Shown here: piece by piece, positions 1-9,633 of the stretch
Layout: every line of letters starts with the position of its first letter
How positions within the stretch are numbered: position 1 is the stretch's first letter
Assembly (NCBI GenBank): GCA_965221445.1
Contig: CBDCSF010000004.1
Span: 5,556-69,555, forward strand
Reading direction: 5' to 3'
DNA length: 64,000 nucleotides
Origin: Paracoccaceae bacterium
GTDB lineage: Bacteria; Pseudomonadota; Alphaproteobacteria; Rhodobacterales; Rhodobacteraceae
Translations under genes and position numbers: made by a program
The notes under the pieces: generated by a model
Told to the model about the DNA's origin: nothing
What the model saw: the letters and a program-made list of their open reading frames with translations, nothing else
The model's database searches: none

Positions 1-7
1 CTTTGGA

Positions 8-2044
8 GTGACCAATGCTCATGATCATTCCAACCGGGAAGAGTGGGACGTGACGACAAGTGATCCCACCCTCGTCCAGGAAGCCGGCTTGCCTGGCCAG
101 GCACTTTCCAGTCAGCATGACATTACCGGAAGACGTTATGTTCCGGGCGAGGAAGAAATCGGCATTCGTCATCTTTATCCACTGAATACGGACAGGTTGC
201 CCGATCTTTCAGTTTATTGCCTTACCGGAGAAGCCGGTAAACTTCTGACAAGAATTGTGGACATCATGCAAACGGAAAAAGGTCTGCTCCCGGAGGAATG
301 TCCCGAAATAAATGAAGATGACATACAGAAGCTAACTGCCCTAATTGCAACCGAACACACCGGGCGTTATCGCCAGGCAGCAGATCTCTTCGAGGGATGC
401 CGTGATGAAAGAACATGTAGGACCATTGACTGGTATGCCAATGATCAGGACCTGGGATGGCGCAAGCAGGCTGCCGGTGAATATCCACTGCTGGCTGGTC
501 TGCTGGCAAGGGAACCGGAAACAAGAGAAGCCATTGACTGTGCCCGACCTCTCCTGCCGGCTCTCAGAAAAGTATTTCCCAACCTGACCAAGGGTGGGTT
601 GAAGCGTTTGCGCGGGATTGATCGTCAGGATGTGACACAGACTGCTGTCTGCGGCCTGGAGGCTGCACCCCTGACAGGTCCCGATATTCTGGGGCATCTG
701 CATGATCGTCAATTCATACTGACAGGTGAGTGGGAAATCAGGGAGGCCATCAGGGAATTGACCCAGAGTGACAATCCATCCATTATACCGGCCACAACCG
801 AAGACTGGAATGCCTTCGCCATTCTCTATGCCGGGTTCATACGCCCCATGAAAATTACCATGGATATTGATCCAGGTGAGATAATAAGGGGCAGCAAGGG
901 TCAATGGGGACGTATGCTGAATCAGATTGGTTCGGTGCTGGAACTTAACGAAAGCCAGCCTCTTGATCGTCACCAGGCTGTTATTCTGGTTGCCGACATG
1001 TTGGAAATGTGTAACCAGTTGGCCCGGACAGTTATCCTTCCGGCAATGACTGCTCTGGTTCATCAGCATGTTCCAGCCGGTGGAACCAGCCTGCCCCAGC
1101 ATGACTGGCCGTTCAAACCCGAGCTGGGGAGAAGCAGCTTTCGGATCGCCCGCGATATCCTGATGACCGACAGTGGGAGAAACCCCCTACTCCATTGTTC
1201 CAGGCTCATCAGACGCTGGACACCCAGAATCAACCACCTGAACAATATAATGGCCAACCATGCATCCGCACCGGAAGTCATGGAGGCTGATGATACGCAG
1301 ACCGAAAGGTGGGCCAGTAACCGTGATGTAGCCGAACCGCTGACCGAGGCCTTCATTCTGAATGATGTTACCTTTACTCCCCTCCATACAGCCGGAGATC
1401 TGGCCCGGGAAGGGAAGGACATGAAACATTGTATAGCAACCTATAAACGTTCGCTGGTCAATGGAGATTCTGTCTTCTATCACCTTCAGAAGGGGTCAAG
1501 CAAGGCAACCCTCTGCCTGAAGGCCGAAGATGGAATGCGTTTCAGGCGAAACGGTTTCAATGGCGTAAAGAATGCCCGTCCGGCAAGGGATTTGGAAAAT
1601 ACCGTTACCCGCTTTATCAATGGCCTGAATGGGCAGCAGGTAGCCATTCGCGAGGAGTTTGTCCAATGGCGAGGTTGGACCCGGAAGAATTCCCTGCAAC
1701 AGGATGGAGAAATCCGGCATTTCAACCGGTTCGCCAATTTCTGCAGCTGTCCGCGGGATGCCCTCTTACTGAACAGGATTGATTCCGCATCCGGACTGCC
1801 CCGATTGACCAGGGAGCTATGGGAAGAATGGAGCATGATTGCCAAATGTCATACCCATCCCTTTAAGCTTATTGTCAGCCATCCCGACAATCCTCTGCGG
1901 ATGTTCATGCGAAAAACCATGCCAAAAAGTTTTTATGACGATCTCAGAACCCTCGTCATCCAGAAGACAAATGACCTGACCAATACCGATAGGGGCACCC
2001 TGACGGTTGAACATGACAGGCCACAACAACCGGTAATAAATTGA
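8..2044 (+). CDS. PcfJ-like domain protein (conjugative-element accessory). The frame is open to the left window edge, so the 5' end may lie outside.
   Basis: 678-aa ORF. The C-terminal part carries GKDMKHCIATYKRSLVNGDSVFYHL, which resembles the PcfJ-like signature. There is no in-frame stop between nt 2 and the GTG at 8. Confidence 0.55.
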   Translation: MTNAHDHSNREEWDVTTSDPTLVQEAGLPGQALSSQHDITGRRYVPGEEEIGIRHLYPLNTDRLPDLSVYCLTGEAGKLLTRIVDIMQTEKGLLPEECPEINEDDIQKLTALIATEHTGRYRQAADLFEGCRDERTCRTIDWYANDQDLGWRKQAAGEYPLLAGLLAREPETREAIDCARPLLPALRKVFPNLTKGGLKRLRGIDRQDVTQTAVCGLEAAPLTGPDILGHLHDRQFILTGEWEIREAIRELTQSDNPSIIPATTEDWNAFAILYAGFIRPMKITMDIDPGEIIRGSKGQWGRMLNQIGSVLELNESQPLDRHQAVILVADMLEMCNQLARTVILPAMTALVHQHVPAGGTSLPQHDWPFKPELGRSSFRIARDILMTDSGRNPLLHCSRLIRRWTPRINHLNNIMANHASAPEVMEADDTQTERWASNRDVAEPLTEAFILNDVTFTPLHTAGDLAREGKDMKHCIATYKRSLVNGDSVFYHLQKGSSKATLCLKAEDGMRFRRNGFNGVKNARPARDLENTVTRFINGLNGQQVAIREEFVQWRGWTRKNSLQQDGEIRHFNRFANFCSCPRDALLLNRIDSASGLPRLTRELWEEWSMIAKCHTHPFKLIVSHPDNPLRMFMRKTMPKSFYDDLRTLVIQKTNDLTNTDRGTLTVEHDRPQQPVIN

Positions 2045-2045
2045 G

Positions 2046-2429
2046 GTGAACCCCATGACGGAAAAGACCAATGCCATACAGGGACGCATAGACATCCACA
2101 AGGGTGATCTGGTCTGTTTTATCAAGGGAATCGATTGGCTCGAACTGGACGATCCACCAGTAGCCGAGATGTGGACTGATCGGGAAAACCGGGTCTGGGC
2201 AGGTATGCAGGCTGATGATCTCATCAATGCCGTATTTCTTGTCGATGTACCACTTCGTGATTTCAAATTCATAGAGGTGAATGGTGTAGGCAATGGCTGG
2301 TTGCAAAACCTGTTACCCATGGTGTTCGAGGACGGGTTACACCTTATCCTGAAGGCAAAAAATGACCTGCAAGCGTCCAGTGAAAAGGACGAACCGAAGA
2401 AACAGACACCACAGCCGGGAATTATGTAG
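2046..2429 (+). CDS. hypothetical protein
   Basis: 127-aa ORF starting 2 nt after the upstream stop, same strand. No motif recognised. Confidence 0.35.
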   Translation: MNPMTEKTNAIQGRIDIHKGDLVCFIKGIDWLELDDPPVAEMWTDRENRVWAGMQADDLINAVFLVDVPLRDFKFIEVNGVGNGWLQNLLPMVFEDGLHLILKAKNDLQASSEKDEPKKQTPQPGIM

Positions 2430-2538
2430 GTGACCTTTTCCCGTTCAACCGGTCATGAGCATACACAATTAAAAATTGCATTCTGAAACCGAGGGCCTAC
2501 CCTAACCTGAAACTGTTTTGCCAGGAGAGAATAAGGAT

Positions 2539-3456
2539 ATGGACATGAAACATTGTATAGCAATACTTCTTCTGAACCGTACTCGCTTTGTCCTTCTCAC
2601 TGCTGTTCTCTCCCTTGTCCTGACCGGTTACTCCCATGCCGGTGAGGACAGGGAGTGTGCTCCGGAAACGGCCCTTTTGTGGCTTCGGCTTGGTATAGCC
2701 GTTGGCCAGAACAACGATGCTCCCACCACGGAGGAACTCATGACCCTCCTGGCCAGCATCGAGGAGAAACAATCCCTGGAGAGGTATCACTATGAAGTGG
2801 AGCCGGGCATTTCATCACCAACCGTCCCTACCGACAGGATGCAGGGGGATAAGAATGAAATGCTGGCCAGTATCGCGGATGAGACGTTCTGGATCAGGCT
2901 GGGTAATCCAACTGCCCCACTTGTCTACATGATCATTGACCCGACCTGTCCCTTTTGTAGCCAGGGACTGCAGAAGCTCGCTTCCCACGTAAGTTCGGGT
3001 GACCTGCAGATTCGTATTGTACTGGCACCGTTTCTGCGAGAGGAAGCAACAACCCTTGCCGCCGAACTGATTCTTGCTGATAATCCGGCCGAAGCCATCT
3101 GGCATCATGAAATCATCATGCAGGGTCAGGTGGATCTGGCTGCCCTGGCCAACAATCGACAGATCGTGGATGAGCTGGGGGAAAGAGGTCTCAGGTGGCT
3201 CCATGCCAACCTGGAATGGATGCGAAAAAGGCAACTGAATTCAGTCCCTCTCTATGTCTGGGCTGAAGGAGAGTCTGCAGAGGAGATCAGCTGGCAAATC
3301 CAGTCCGGTGTCCAGGAACCCGGGATGTTTAAGACCACCCTGCCCCCCTTGGTTCCAACCGAAGACAGTTTTGGACTGCCACGTGAGATCCAGTCACCGG
3401 CCAGCCAATCAACTGAATCCTTTCTGACCGGTACACCCCTCCCTCTGGACCCATGA
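2539..3456 (+). CDS. DsbC/TrbB-like periplasmic thiol:disulfide interchange protein
   Basis: ATG at 2539 follows an AGGAGAGAATAAGG RBS. It has an N-terminal signal-like hydrophobic stretch and the thioredoxin-fold active site IDPTCPFCSQG (CxxC). IncI plasmids carry a DsbC-like TrbB. Confidence 0.7.
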   Translation: MDMKHCIAILLLNRTRFVLLTAVLSLVLTGYSHAGEDRECAPETALLWLRLGIAVGQNNDAPTTEELMTLLASIEEKQSLERYHYEVEPGISSPTVPTDRMQGDKNEMLASIADETFWIRLGNPTAPLVYMIIDPTCPFCSQGLQKLASHVSSGDLQIRIVLAPFLREEATTLAAELILADNPAEAIWHHEIIMQGQVDLAALANNRQIVDELGERGLRWLHANLEWMRKRQLNSVPLYVWAEGESAEEISWQIQSGVQEPGMFKTTLPPLVPTEDSFGLPREIQSPASQSTESFLTGTPLPLDP

Positions 3457-3502
3457 GATATCCCCACCTACTCAATAAAATACAGGTCAATTCCGGATAA
3501 CA

Positions 3503-4012
3503 ATGTACAAAAGGGGAACGTCAAACAGGAAAACACGACGGGTTGGAGGCTACCTGTTGAATCGCCTAGGTATAGGGATCGGCAATCCTGCGGGTGCCTT
3601 CCGCAGTATTCGATTTCTCAGTAAAAACCTGTCGCTGATGGATCTTCGGAAACGGCCAGGGCTGAAGGACTCCCTTGGACCGGTTGACAAGACGGAGGGC
3701 CAATCTCTTTTTGAACAGCATATTGAGGAAACCGGTCTGGAGGAACAGGATCTCCGGAGAATCGCCCGTAACTACAAACGGAATGGATTCGTGGTGGGTT
3801 TTGTAGCCAGTGTTACCATCCTTGGCAGTCTCATGGCTGGTCTGGCCGATCAGGGACTACTGTCCTTCAGCCTGGCTGTCGTAACGCCTGTCCTCATTGT
3901 GCTCTGCTTTCAGAACTTCCTCAGGGCAGCTCAGGTCAGGTGTAGACGATACCTGAGCGGATTTGAATATCTGAAAACGCTTCGTGGGAGATATCCTAAC
4001 AGGTCCCGATGA
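3503..4012 (+). CDS. small inner-membrane protein upstream of dotA/traY (IcmV/TraX-like by position only)
   Basis: 169 aa with two C-terminal hydrophobic helices. Its stop overlaps the DotA/TraY start (ATGA at 4009-4012). In Legionella, icmV precedes dotA. Confidence 0.4.
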   Translation: MYKRGTSNRKTRRVGGYLLNRLGIGIGNPAGAFRSIRFLSKNLSLMDLRKRPGLKDSLGPVDKTEGQSLFEQHIEETGLEEQDLRRIARNYKRNGFVVGFVASVTILGSLMAGLADQGLLSFSLAVVTPVLIVLCFQNFLRAAQVRCRRYLSGFEYLKTLRGRYPNRSR

Positions 4013-6378
4013 CACGAATTTTCTCTTTCCTCCTCCTTCTGGGTCTCGGTGGCAGTCTCTTCTGGCCAACCTCCATCGAGGCCCAGACAGGTATCATTGA
4101 TGACGTGATGAATTCCTTTTCCTCGGGAGGAGACAATCTGAGCACTATGCTCCTCAGCCGAATTTTCGGGTGTCAGTTGTTTGACCATCCAACCTGTCGT
4201 GCCGGGCAGGAACCTGCCCTGGTCGGCATGATTCGTATTTTCAATATTCTCTGTATTTCACTCGCCGGTGTTCTCTTCGGCTGGTATGCAGCCACCGGTA
4301 TTACCCAGACAGCCCATGAAGGCAAGGTACTTGGTGCCCGCTATTCATCGTTGTGGGCTCCCGTTCGCTCACTGGTGGGACTGGGCATGCTGATGCCAAT
4401 TGGCGGCTCCTCTGGCTATAACACCATCCAGATGGGTATTGCTGTCTTTGTCAAGGGATCGACCTTCGCTGCCTCCCTTTTGTGGGGACAGGCCGCCGAT
4501 CGTATCATCACCTTTCAGGATACCTACATTCTCCCGGATACAAGTTTTGACGCCTCCGTCATAGAACCCCTGTGGGAAATGGAGGTCTGTGCAGCCATGA
4601 TTTCCCACTTGCTTGAACCGGTGGATAACGGTAGTACCCTTGTCAGGGTCGAACGGGCCGAAAACTGCTATCTGGGGGAAGACGGGGAGGATGTCTGTTA
4701 TGTAACCGTCAAACCCTATGGCAATGTTGCGGTCATCAATGCCAACAATCTGAACCGGACAGATGGGTGTGGGGTGCTGACCCTCCCGGATATTCCAACT
4801 GTTCTGACTGGAGGGGGAAATCCATCCCTCGGTTTGGGACAGGGATTGGACCGGCAGTACAGGGATATTCACCTGAATGCCATCGAGGACGTCGTTGCTG
4901 TCCTCAGACCGCAGGCAGAACATCTGGTGGCCCATGTCCGGAGAGCTCCCGCCAATCAGGATCCAGCGCGGGTTGCTGGTCTGGCTTCTGCCATCAGGGA
5001 GGCGGGAACATCCTACAGTAACACCCTGAATCGTGGGCTCAATCCTCTCCTGGACAGAGCTGGTGCCCTTGGAACCGGGGATGGAACCAATGCCCGTGAC
5101 CGTTTGAGCCTGATTGTGGCCGGTGCGTACAGTTCTGCCTGCCGACATAATTCGGGAGGTCCCTATGGCCAGGAAATATGTCTCGACCGTAACAACCAGG
5201 GGCAGGGGTGGCTCGGTGCAGGTGCATGGTATATGCATATGGCACGATTTGCCGATGACGGCCTGCGGGTCAAGAATTCCCGGCCAACCTTTCAGGCAGC
5301 TGATCTCGGTAATACCAACATCAAGGCTCATGCCGAGGCAAATGATACACCGGTACTTACAAGATTCTGGTCCTTTCTTTTTGGCAGTTACGAACGGTCG
5401 GAACTCATCGAGGAGGCACGTCGGATCAGCCGTGAAATGGACCAATACTGGAAGGCAGCCTGGATCAGTGCCGTCAATACAGGTACCATCATACCCGCAG
5501 AAATGATACGTGGAACCGAAGGGACAGAAATTGGTGCAACCAGACTTCGCGACCGGATGAGCAGATTTATCTGGGAATTCCTGCAACCGGACCCCGATGG
5601 AGACCCCATGATCGGATTGGCTGGACTGGGCAGTATCCTGACTGAAACCGGTGGATATATTATCGGTGGGTCGGCAGTTGGCCAGACTCTGGGTTACCTC
5701 CTGCCAGGAATTGGTGGATCTATTATCGGTGTCGGTAATGTTGTTCAACCCATCGGTTTTGCCATACTCATGGTTGGCCAGACCCTGACCACGATCATGC
5801 CCGTCCTGCCATCCCTGATCTGGGTAGCTGCTGTAACCGGGTATTTCCTGATTATTGCTGAGGCCATCATTTCCGTCAATTTGTGGGCCATAATGCACTT
5901 TCGACTAGAAGGTGAAGGGCTGGCAGGACCCGCTACCCAACAAGGCTATCTACTGGTCATGTCACTCGCACTCACGCCGGTCCTGATGGTCTTTGGCTTT
6001 ATTCTCGGCATGGGAATCTTCAAGATAACAACAACACTGGTCAATATTGGGTTCTATGTCGTGCTTGATGGGGTCATGCAGTCCCAGTCGGTCTTCGTCT
6101 GGGGAACAGGACTTCTCCTTGTCGGAATCCTGATGGTGGTGGTCTATTTCATCCTGGCTGAGAGAAGTTTCTCCCTGACGGCCGAATTGCCGGGTCGCAT
6201 TCTCCGTTGGGTCGGGGGTGATTCGCAATTGCTCGGGGGAGAAGCTGATCGCATCAGAGTGGCTACCGCCGGTGCCGGACATCAGGTCATGTCTCAGGGA
6301 CAGCAGGCTTTTCAGACTATAGGCAGCAAGAGAAGACGGACTTCCTCCCCGTCCAGGTCTGGGTCAGGGGACTCATGA
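4009..6378 (+). CDS. traY: DotA/TraY family type IVB secretion integral membrane protein
   Basis: 789 aa with a signal/TM segment, a large periplasmic domain and multiple C-terminal TM helices. Signature stretch: TQTAHEGKVLGARYSSLWAPVRSLVGLGMLMPIGGSSGYNTIQ. Confidence 0.85.
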   Translation: MTRIFSFLLLLGLGGSLFWPTSIEAQTGIIDDVMNSFSSGGDNLSTMLLSRIFGCQLFDHPTCRAGQEPALVGMIRIFNILCISLAGVLFGWYAATGITQTAHEGKVLGARYSSLWAPVRSLVGLGMLMPIGGSSGYNTIQMGIAVFVKGSTFAASLLWGQAADRIITFQDTYILPDTSFDASVIEPLWEMEVCAAMISHLLEPVDNGSTLVRVERAENCYLGEDGEDVCYVTVKPYGNVAVINANNLNRTDGCGVLTLPDIPTVLTGGGNPSLGLGQGLDRQYRDIHLNAIEDVVAVLRPQAEHLVAHVRRAPANQDPARVAGLASAIREAGTSYSNTLNRGLNPLLDRAGALGTGDGTNARDRLSLIVAGAYSSACRHNSGGPYGQEICLDRNNQGQGWLGAGAWYMHMARFADDGLRVKNSRPTFQAADLGNTNIKAHAEANDTPVLTRFWSFLFGSYERSELIEEARRISREMDQYWKAAWISAVNTGTIIPAEMIRGTEGTEIGATRLRDRMSRFIWEFLQPDPDGDPMIGLAGLGSILTETGGYIIGGSAVGQTLGYLLPGIGGSIIGVGNVVQPIGFAILMVGQTLTTIMPVLPSLIWVAAVTGYFLIIAEAIISVNLWAIMHFRLEGEGLAGPATQQGYLLVMSLALTPVLMVFGFILGMGIFKITTTLVNIGFYVVLDGVMQSQSVFVWGTGLLLVGILMVVVYFILAERSFSLTAELPGRILRWVGGDSQLLGGEADRIRVATAGAGHQVMSQGQQAFQTIGSKRRRTSSPSRSGSGDS

Positions 6379-6977
6379 ATGACCGCTGCAAGAGAATAAT
6401 GGGACGGAGAACCATGATACTGGGTGGTCTGACCTGCGGAGCCACTTCAATGCTGGCTTCACCTGCCCAAAGCTGGGTACCTGAACGTCTGCCCAACCCG
6501 TCGCGACCGGGAAGTCGGCTGGACAATCTCATGCCTGAAACCGAGCCAATCCTCAATCTTTTCAATCCCCACACGAAGGAAAGCTTTCAGGGCAAATTCC
6601 ATCATCAGGATTCCTATATCGTGGATGCCATAAAACATCTGAATTACTTCCTCAGAGACTGGAGGGCGAATATTTCTGTCCCAATCTGTCTGCGTCTCTA
6701 CTGGGCACTGGCCAGAATGACACAGGAGCTGGAGCTTAAAAAACCGCTGGTCATCCTGTCAGGATACAGGACGCCAGAAACCAACAGCAAACTGGAAGGA
6801 GCCGTGCCGAACAGCATGCATCTTTACGGTCGTGCCATAGATCTTCACAGTACCGAGGTGGCCAGCAAGGATATTTTTAAGCTGGTAAACAGTCTTCAGA
6901 TTGGAGGAAGCGGTTGGTATCCAAGGGGTGGGTTTGTGCATATCGACAGTGGGAGAATCCGGCAATGGAGAGAATAA
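6375..6977 (+). CDS. Tat-exported DUF882 / peptidase M15A (YcbK/MepK-like) murein peptidase
   Basis: N-terminal MGRRTMILGG...ASPAQS looks like a twin-arginine signal. Motifs: SGYRTPETNSKLEGAVPNSMHLYGRAIDLH and GGSGWYPRGGFVHIDSG. The start overlaps the dotA stop. Confidence 0.8.
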   Translation: MNDRCKRIMGRRTMILGGLTCGATSMLASPAQSWVPERLPNPSRPGSRLDNLMPETEPILNLFNPHTKESFQGKFHHQDSYIVDAIKHLNYFLRDWRANISVPICLRLYWALARMTQELELKKPLVILSGYRTPETNSKLEGAVPNSMHLYGRAIDLHSTEVASKDIFKLVNSLQIGGSGWYPRGGFVHIDSGRIRQWRE

Positions 6978-7079
6978 GGTAAATTTTGGAGTGGATTGTA
7001 GGGAAAAGAATGTCTTTGTATGGGGAAGGTATTAGAATGCCATTATATGTAGTTATAATAAGGCCAATATCATACTTTA

Positions 7080-7115
7080 CTTGTCTTTTATTATTTTATG
7101 TAGTGTTTGGTAGTT
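7080..7115 (-). promoter_or_regulatory. Conserved box 1 (36 bp, inverted orientation) in the AT-rich region upstream of the topoisomerase gene
   Basis: The reverse complement AACTACCAAACACTACATAAAATAATAAAAGACAAG closely matches 37884-37919. Extra half-sites: TGTAGTT at 7048-7054 and AACTACCAA at 7171-7179. Confidence 0.6.
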
Positions 7116-7210
7116 AAGTGTAGTGTTATGTATTGTTTATGGTTTCATTGCTTGTCTTTTAATGCAAATAAACTACCAATTGAATTAAATATAGGGGGTC
7201 GTGAATTTTC

Positions 7211-9304
7211 ATGAATCAGATGTCATCCACAGTTATCATATGTGAGAAACCCTCGCAAGCCAGAAACCTTAGGGCAGCGCTCGGCAACAGCTTCGGACGG
7301 ATCGTCGCAGCACGGGGCCACCTCCTCACTCTCAAAGAACCACATGAGGCCAACCCCGCCTGGGCAAGATGGTCAACTGATATTCTCTGTCCGGAAAAAC
7401 CATATGGCAAGAAACCGGTAAAGGGAGGCTCATCAGCCCTGAAGGAAATCAGGGAGGCTCTCAAGGGTGCCAAAAAGCTGGTCATCGCCACCGATTGTGA
7501 CCGGGAAGGGCTGGTCATCGGACGCGAGATAGCTGATCATGTAAATTTTCGGGGAACTATATTGCGGGCCATCTTTTCTGCTGAAGACAGGAAGACGCTC
7601 CTCGATGCCTTCAACAATCTGCACCCCATAAGTGAATTCGACGGTCTCTATGCTGCCGGTAAGGCTCGCGAACAGTCGGACCAGATATTCAATCTCACCC
7701 TCACCAGGACGGTTTCTGTCCATCTCGGTGGCAACAGCAAACCAATCGGTATCGGACGGGTGCGAACACCTACCCTGGGAATCGTCTGTCAACGTGAACA
7801 GGAAATAATGAATTTCAACCCTGAACCGTACTTTGTTATTACTGCTCAATGCCACCAGCAGGAAAAAGAGTTTGTCGCCACCTACATGAACAGGAAAGGG
7901 GCACCGAACGAAGGCACCAGGAAAGATGCGCACGAGGATCATGACGAAAATGGGGATGGTCCTGACAGTGAAGACAGTAAAAGCCGCCTCTCTGACAGGA
8001 ACGTGGCCGACGCACTGGCTAGGGGAATAAAAGGTTGGGAAGGACCGGTGAAGGTATCAAGAAAGCCTGTCAGCAGAACACCCCCCAGGCCACACGATCT
8101 CTCCTCCCTGCAGAGTCACATGGGATCCCGTTACAAATGGCCGGCCGAGAAAACCCTCAAGGTGGCCCAGACCCTCTATGCCGATCTGAAACTGATCACC
8201 TATCCCAGGGCCGAATGCCGGTATCTGCCGGAAAGTCAGGTGCCCGATGCAGCTCCTCTACGATCGGCCCTGCTCAAGCTGAAACAACTCGGGCTACCCG
8301 CCAACAACCTTCCTCTCCAACCGGTCATACGACAGGGCAGGGGACGGCAAAACCACTATTCCGATGAAGGGGTCGGCGAATCGTCCCACCATGCCATTCA
8401 GCCCAATGTCAAGATTGTTGATGAGCTGGCAACTCTCTGGAATCGATGCAATTCGGACCAGCAGCTCCTGGCCAAAACCATATTCCTAGCCTTCCTGGAA
8501 CAGACCTCGGAAGATGCCCGACTGGAGGAAACCCGAATCAGCTTAACCGTTCCGGCTCCCCGAACAGGTCTCAATCAGGATGCAGATTTTCTGGCCACGG
8601 GCAGGGTTATCATCAGTGGGGGCTGGATGTCTGTTCAGGCTGATTCGGAAATCAGCAGAAAGTCAAGGGATAATGTGCTCCTTCCCCCGATAAAACAGGG
8701 CTCAATTATTACTATTACTGATTCGAATGTTGCCGACAGGTTCACCAGGCCTCCCGGACGATTCTCCGAAGGGGGCATCATCATGGCCATGAAGAACGCC
8801 TGGAAATACATTCCGGCAACGAACAGCCAAATGACAGATCTCCGTGAACGTCTCAAGGCATCCAGTGGGATCGGTACGCCCACCACCCGTGATCAAATCA
8901 TTGAAAGTCTGGTAGGGCAGGGACAGCTCAAACGAATCAGTGGAAGCTTTCAACCGACCGAGGCGGGCATGGCTCTCTGGATGTCTCTCAACAGGGTTGC
9001 ACCGGAACTGGTCGACCCCGGTCTAACGGCCCTCTGGGAATTCCGGCTTGATGAACTCAACCGTAACCCGGAAGCGGAAAAGGAATGGTGGGCTGAAGTC
9101 GGGGAAATTGCCGCCAGCGCCGAACGGGCCAGAAATGAAATCCTTAAACTGCCGGCCGGTGGCCTCAGAGATGTTTTTGCTTCATCACACGGGAATAACG
9201 GATCTGGGAAAAACCGTTCCTACAAAGGGAAACGAAAGGGAAGATTAACCAGAGGGCAGGGCAGTAAGAGGTCGAAATTCGGAAACGGTTATGGACCCGC
9301 TTGA
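7211..9304 (+). CDS. topB: DNA topoisomerase III (type IA), plasmid-borne
   Basis: Toprim motifs VIICEKPSQARNL and VIATDCDREG. Active-site tyrosine context ITYPRAECRYLP. 697 aa with a basic C-terminal tail. Confidence 0.85.
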   Translation: MNQMSSTVIICEKPSQARNLRAALGNSFGRIVAARGHLLTLKEPHEANPAWARWSTDILCPEKPYGKKPVKGGSSALKEIREALKGAKKLVIATDCDREGLVIGREIADHVNFRGTILRAIFSAEDRKTLLDAFNNLHPISEFDGLYAAGKAREQSDQIFNLTLTRTVSVHLGGNSKPIGIGRVRTPTLGIVCQREQEIMNFNPEPYFVITAQCHQQEKEFVATYMNRKGAPNEGTRKDAHEDHDENGDGPDSEDSKSRLSDRNVADALARGIKGWEGPVKVSRKPVSRTPPRPHDLSSLQSHMGSRYKWPAEKTLKVAQTLYADLKLITYPRAECRYLPESQVPDAAPLRSALLKLKQLGLPANNLPLQPVIRQGRGRQNHYSDEGVGESSHHAIQPNVKIVDELATLWNRCNSDQQLLAKTIFLAFLEQTSEDARLEETRISLTVPAPRTGLNQDADFLATGRVIISGGWMSVQADSEISRKSRDNVLLPPIKQGSIITITDSNVADRFTRPPGRFSEGGIIMAMKNAWKYIPATNSQMTDLRERLKASSGIGTPTTRDQIIESLVGQGQLKRISGSFQPTEAGMALWMSLNRVAPELVDPGLTALWEFRLDELNRNPEAEKEWWAEVGEIAASAERARNEILKLPAGGLRDVFASSHGNNGSGKNRSYKGKRKGRLTRGQGSKRSKFGNGYGPA

Positions 9305-9580
9305 CAAACCAGTATGTGTATGAACACTATTGGGCACTCGCTATTACCGGATACAAAATGAATCCTGTTGTGAATTTGAGGCCATTTCACCTTTTCCGGT
9401 CTGAAAGGGTGTCAGAACCAACCTTGGAGATAAGAAAAATAAATTGGATATTGTCATGAATTGGGAAAGGTTAACAGACTGGATACCTGAATTCCTACAG
9501 GATAATCGATTTAGTTTTGCCCCCCGATTTGGGAGGACTTTTCCATGCATGACACGAGGCAATAACGCCTTTAAAATGAA

Positions 9581-9617
9581 AAACGCTTGGCATACCGACA
9601 AAAGTGTCCAAGCGTTT
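9581..9617. promoter_or_regulatory. Perfect 10-bp inverted repeat (AAACGCTTGG N17 CCAAGCGTTT) just upstream of the rep-like ORF
   Basis: Read directly; it lies 17 nt before the ORF start at 9634. Candidate operator or stem-loop. Confidence 0.4.
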
Positions 9618-9633
9618 CACAATGTAAATGTAA

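Noticed and set aside
4369-5898. 509-aa minus-strand ORF, the longest antisense ORF in the window
   Set aside because: It lies entirely antisense to the DotA/TraY gene, whose frame carries the family signature. The translation is G/P/S/T/R-rich and motif-free, with no RBS. It is treated as a shadow ORF. The same reasoning applies to 341-1102(-), 56576-57427(-), 60162-60662(-), 60580-61104(-), 60980-61492(-) and 61435-62055(-).
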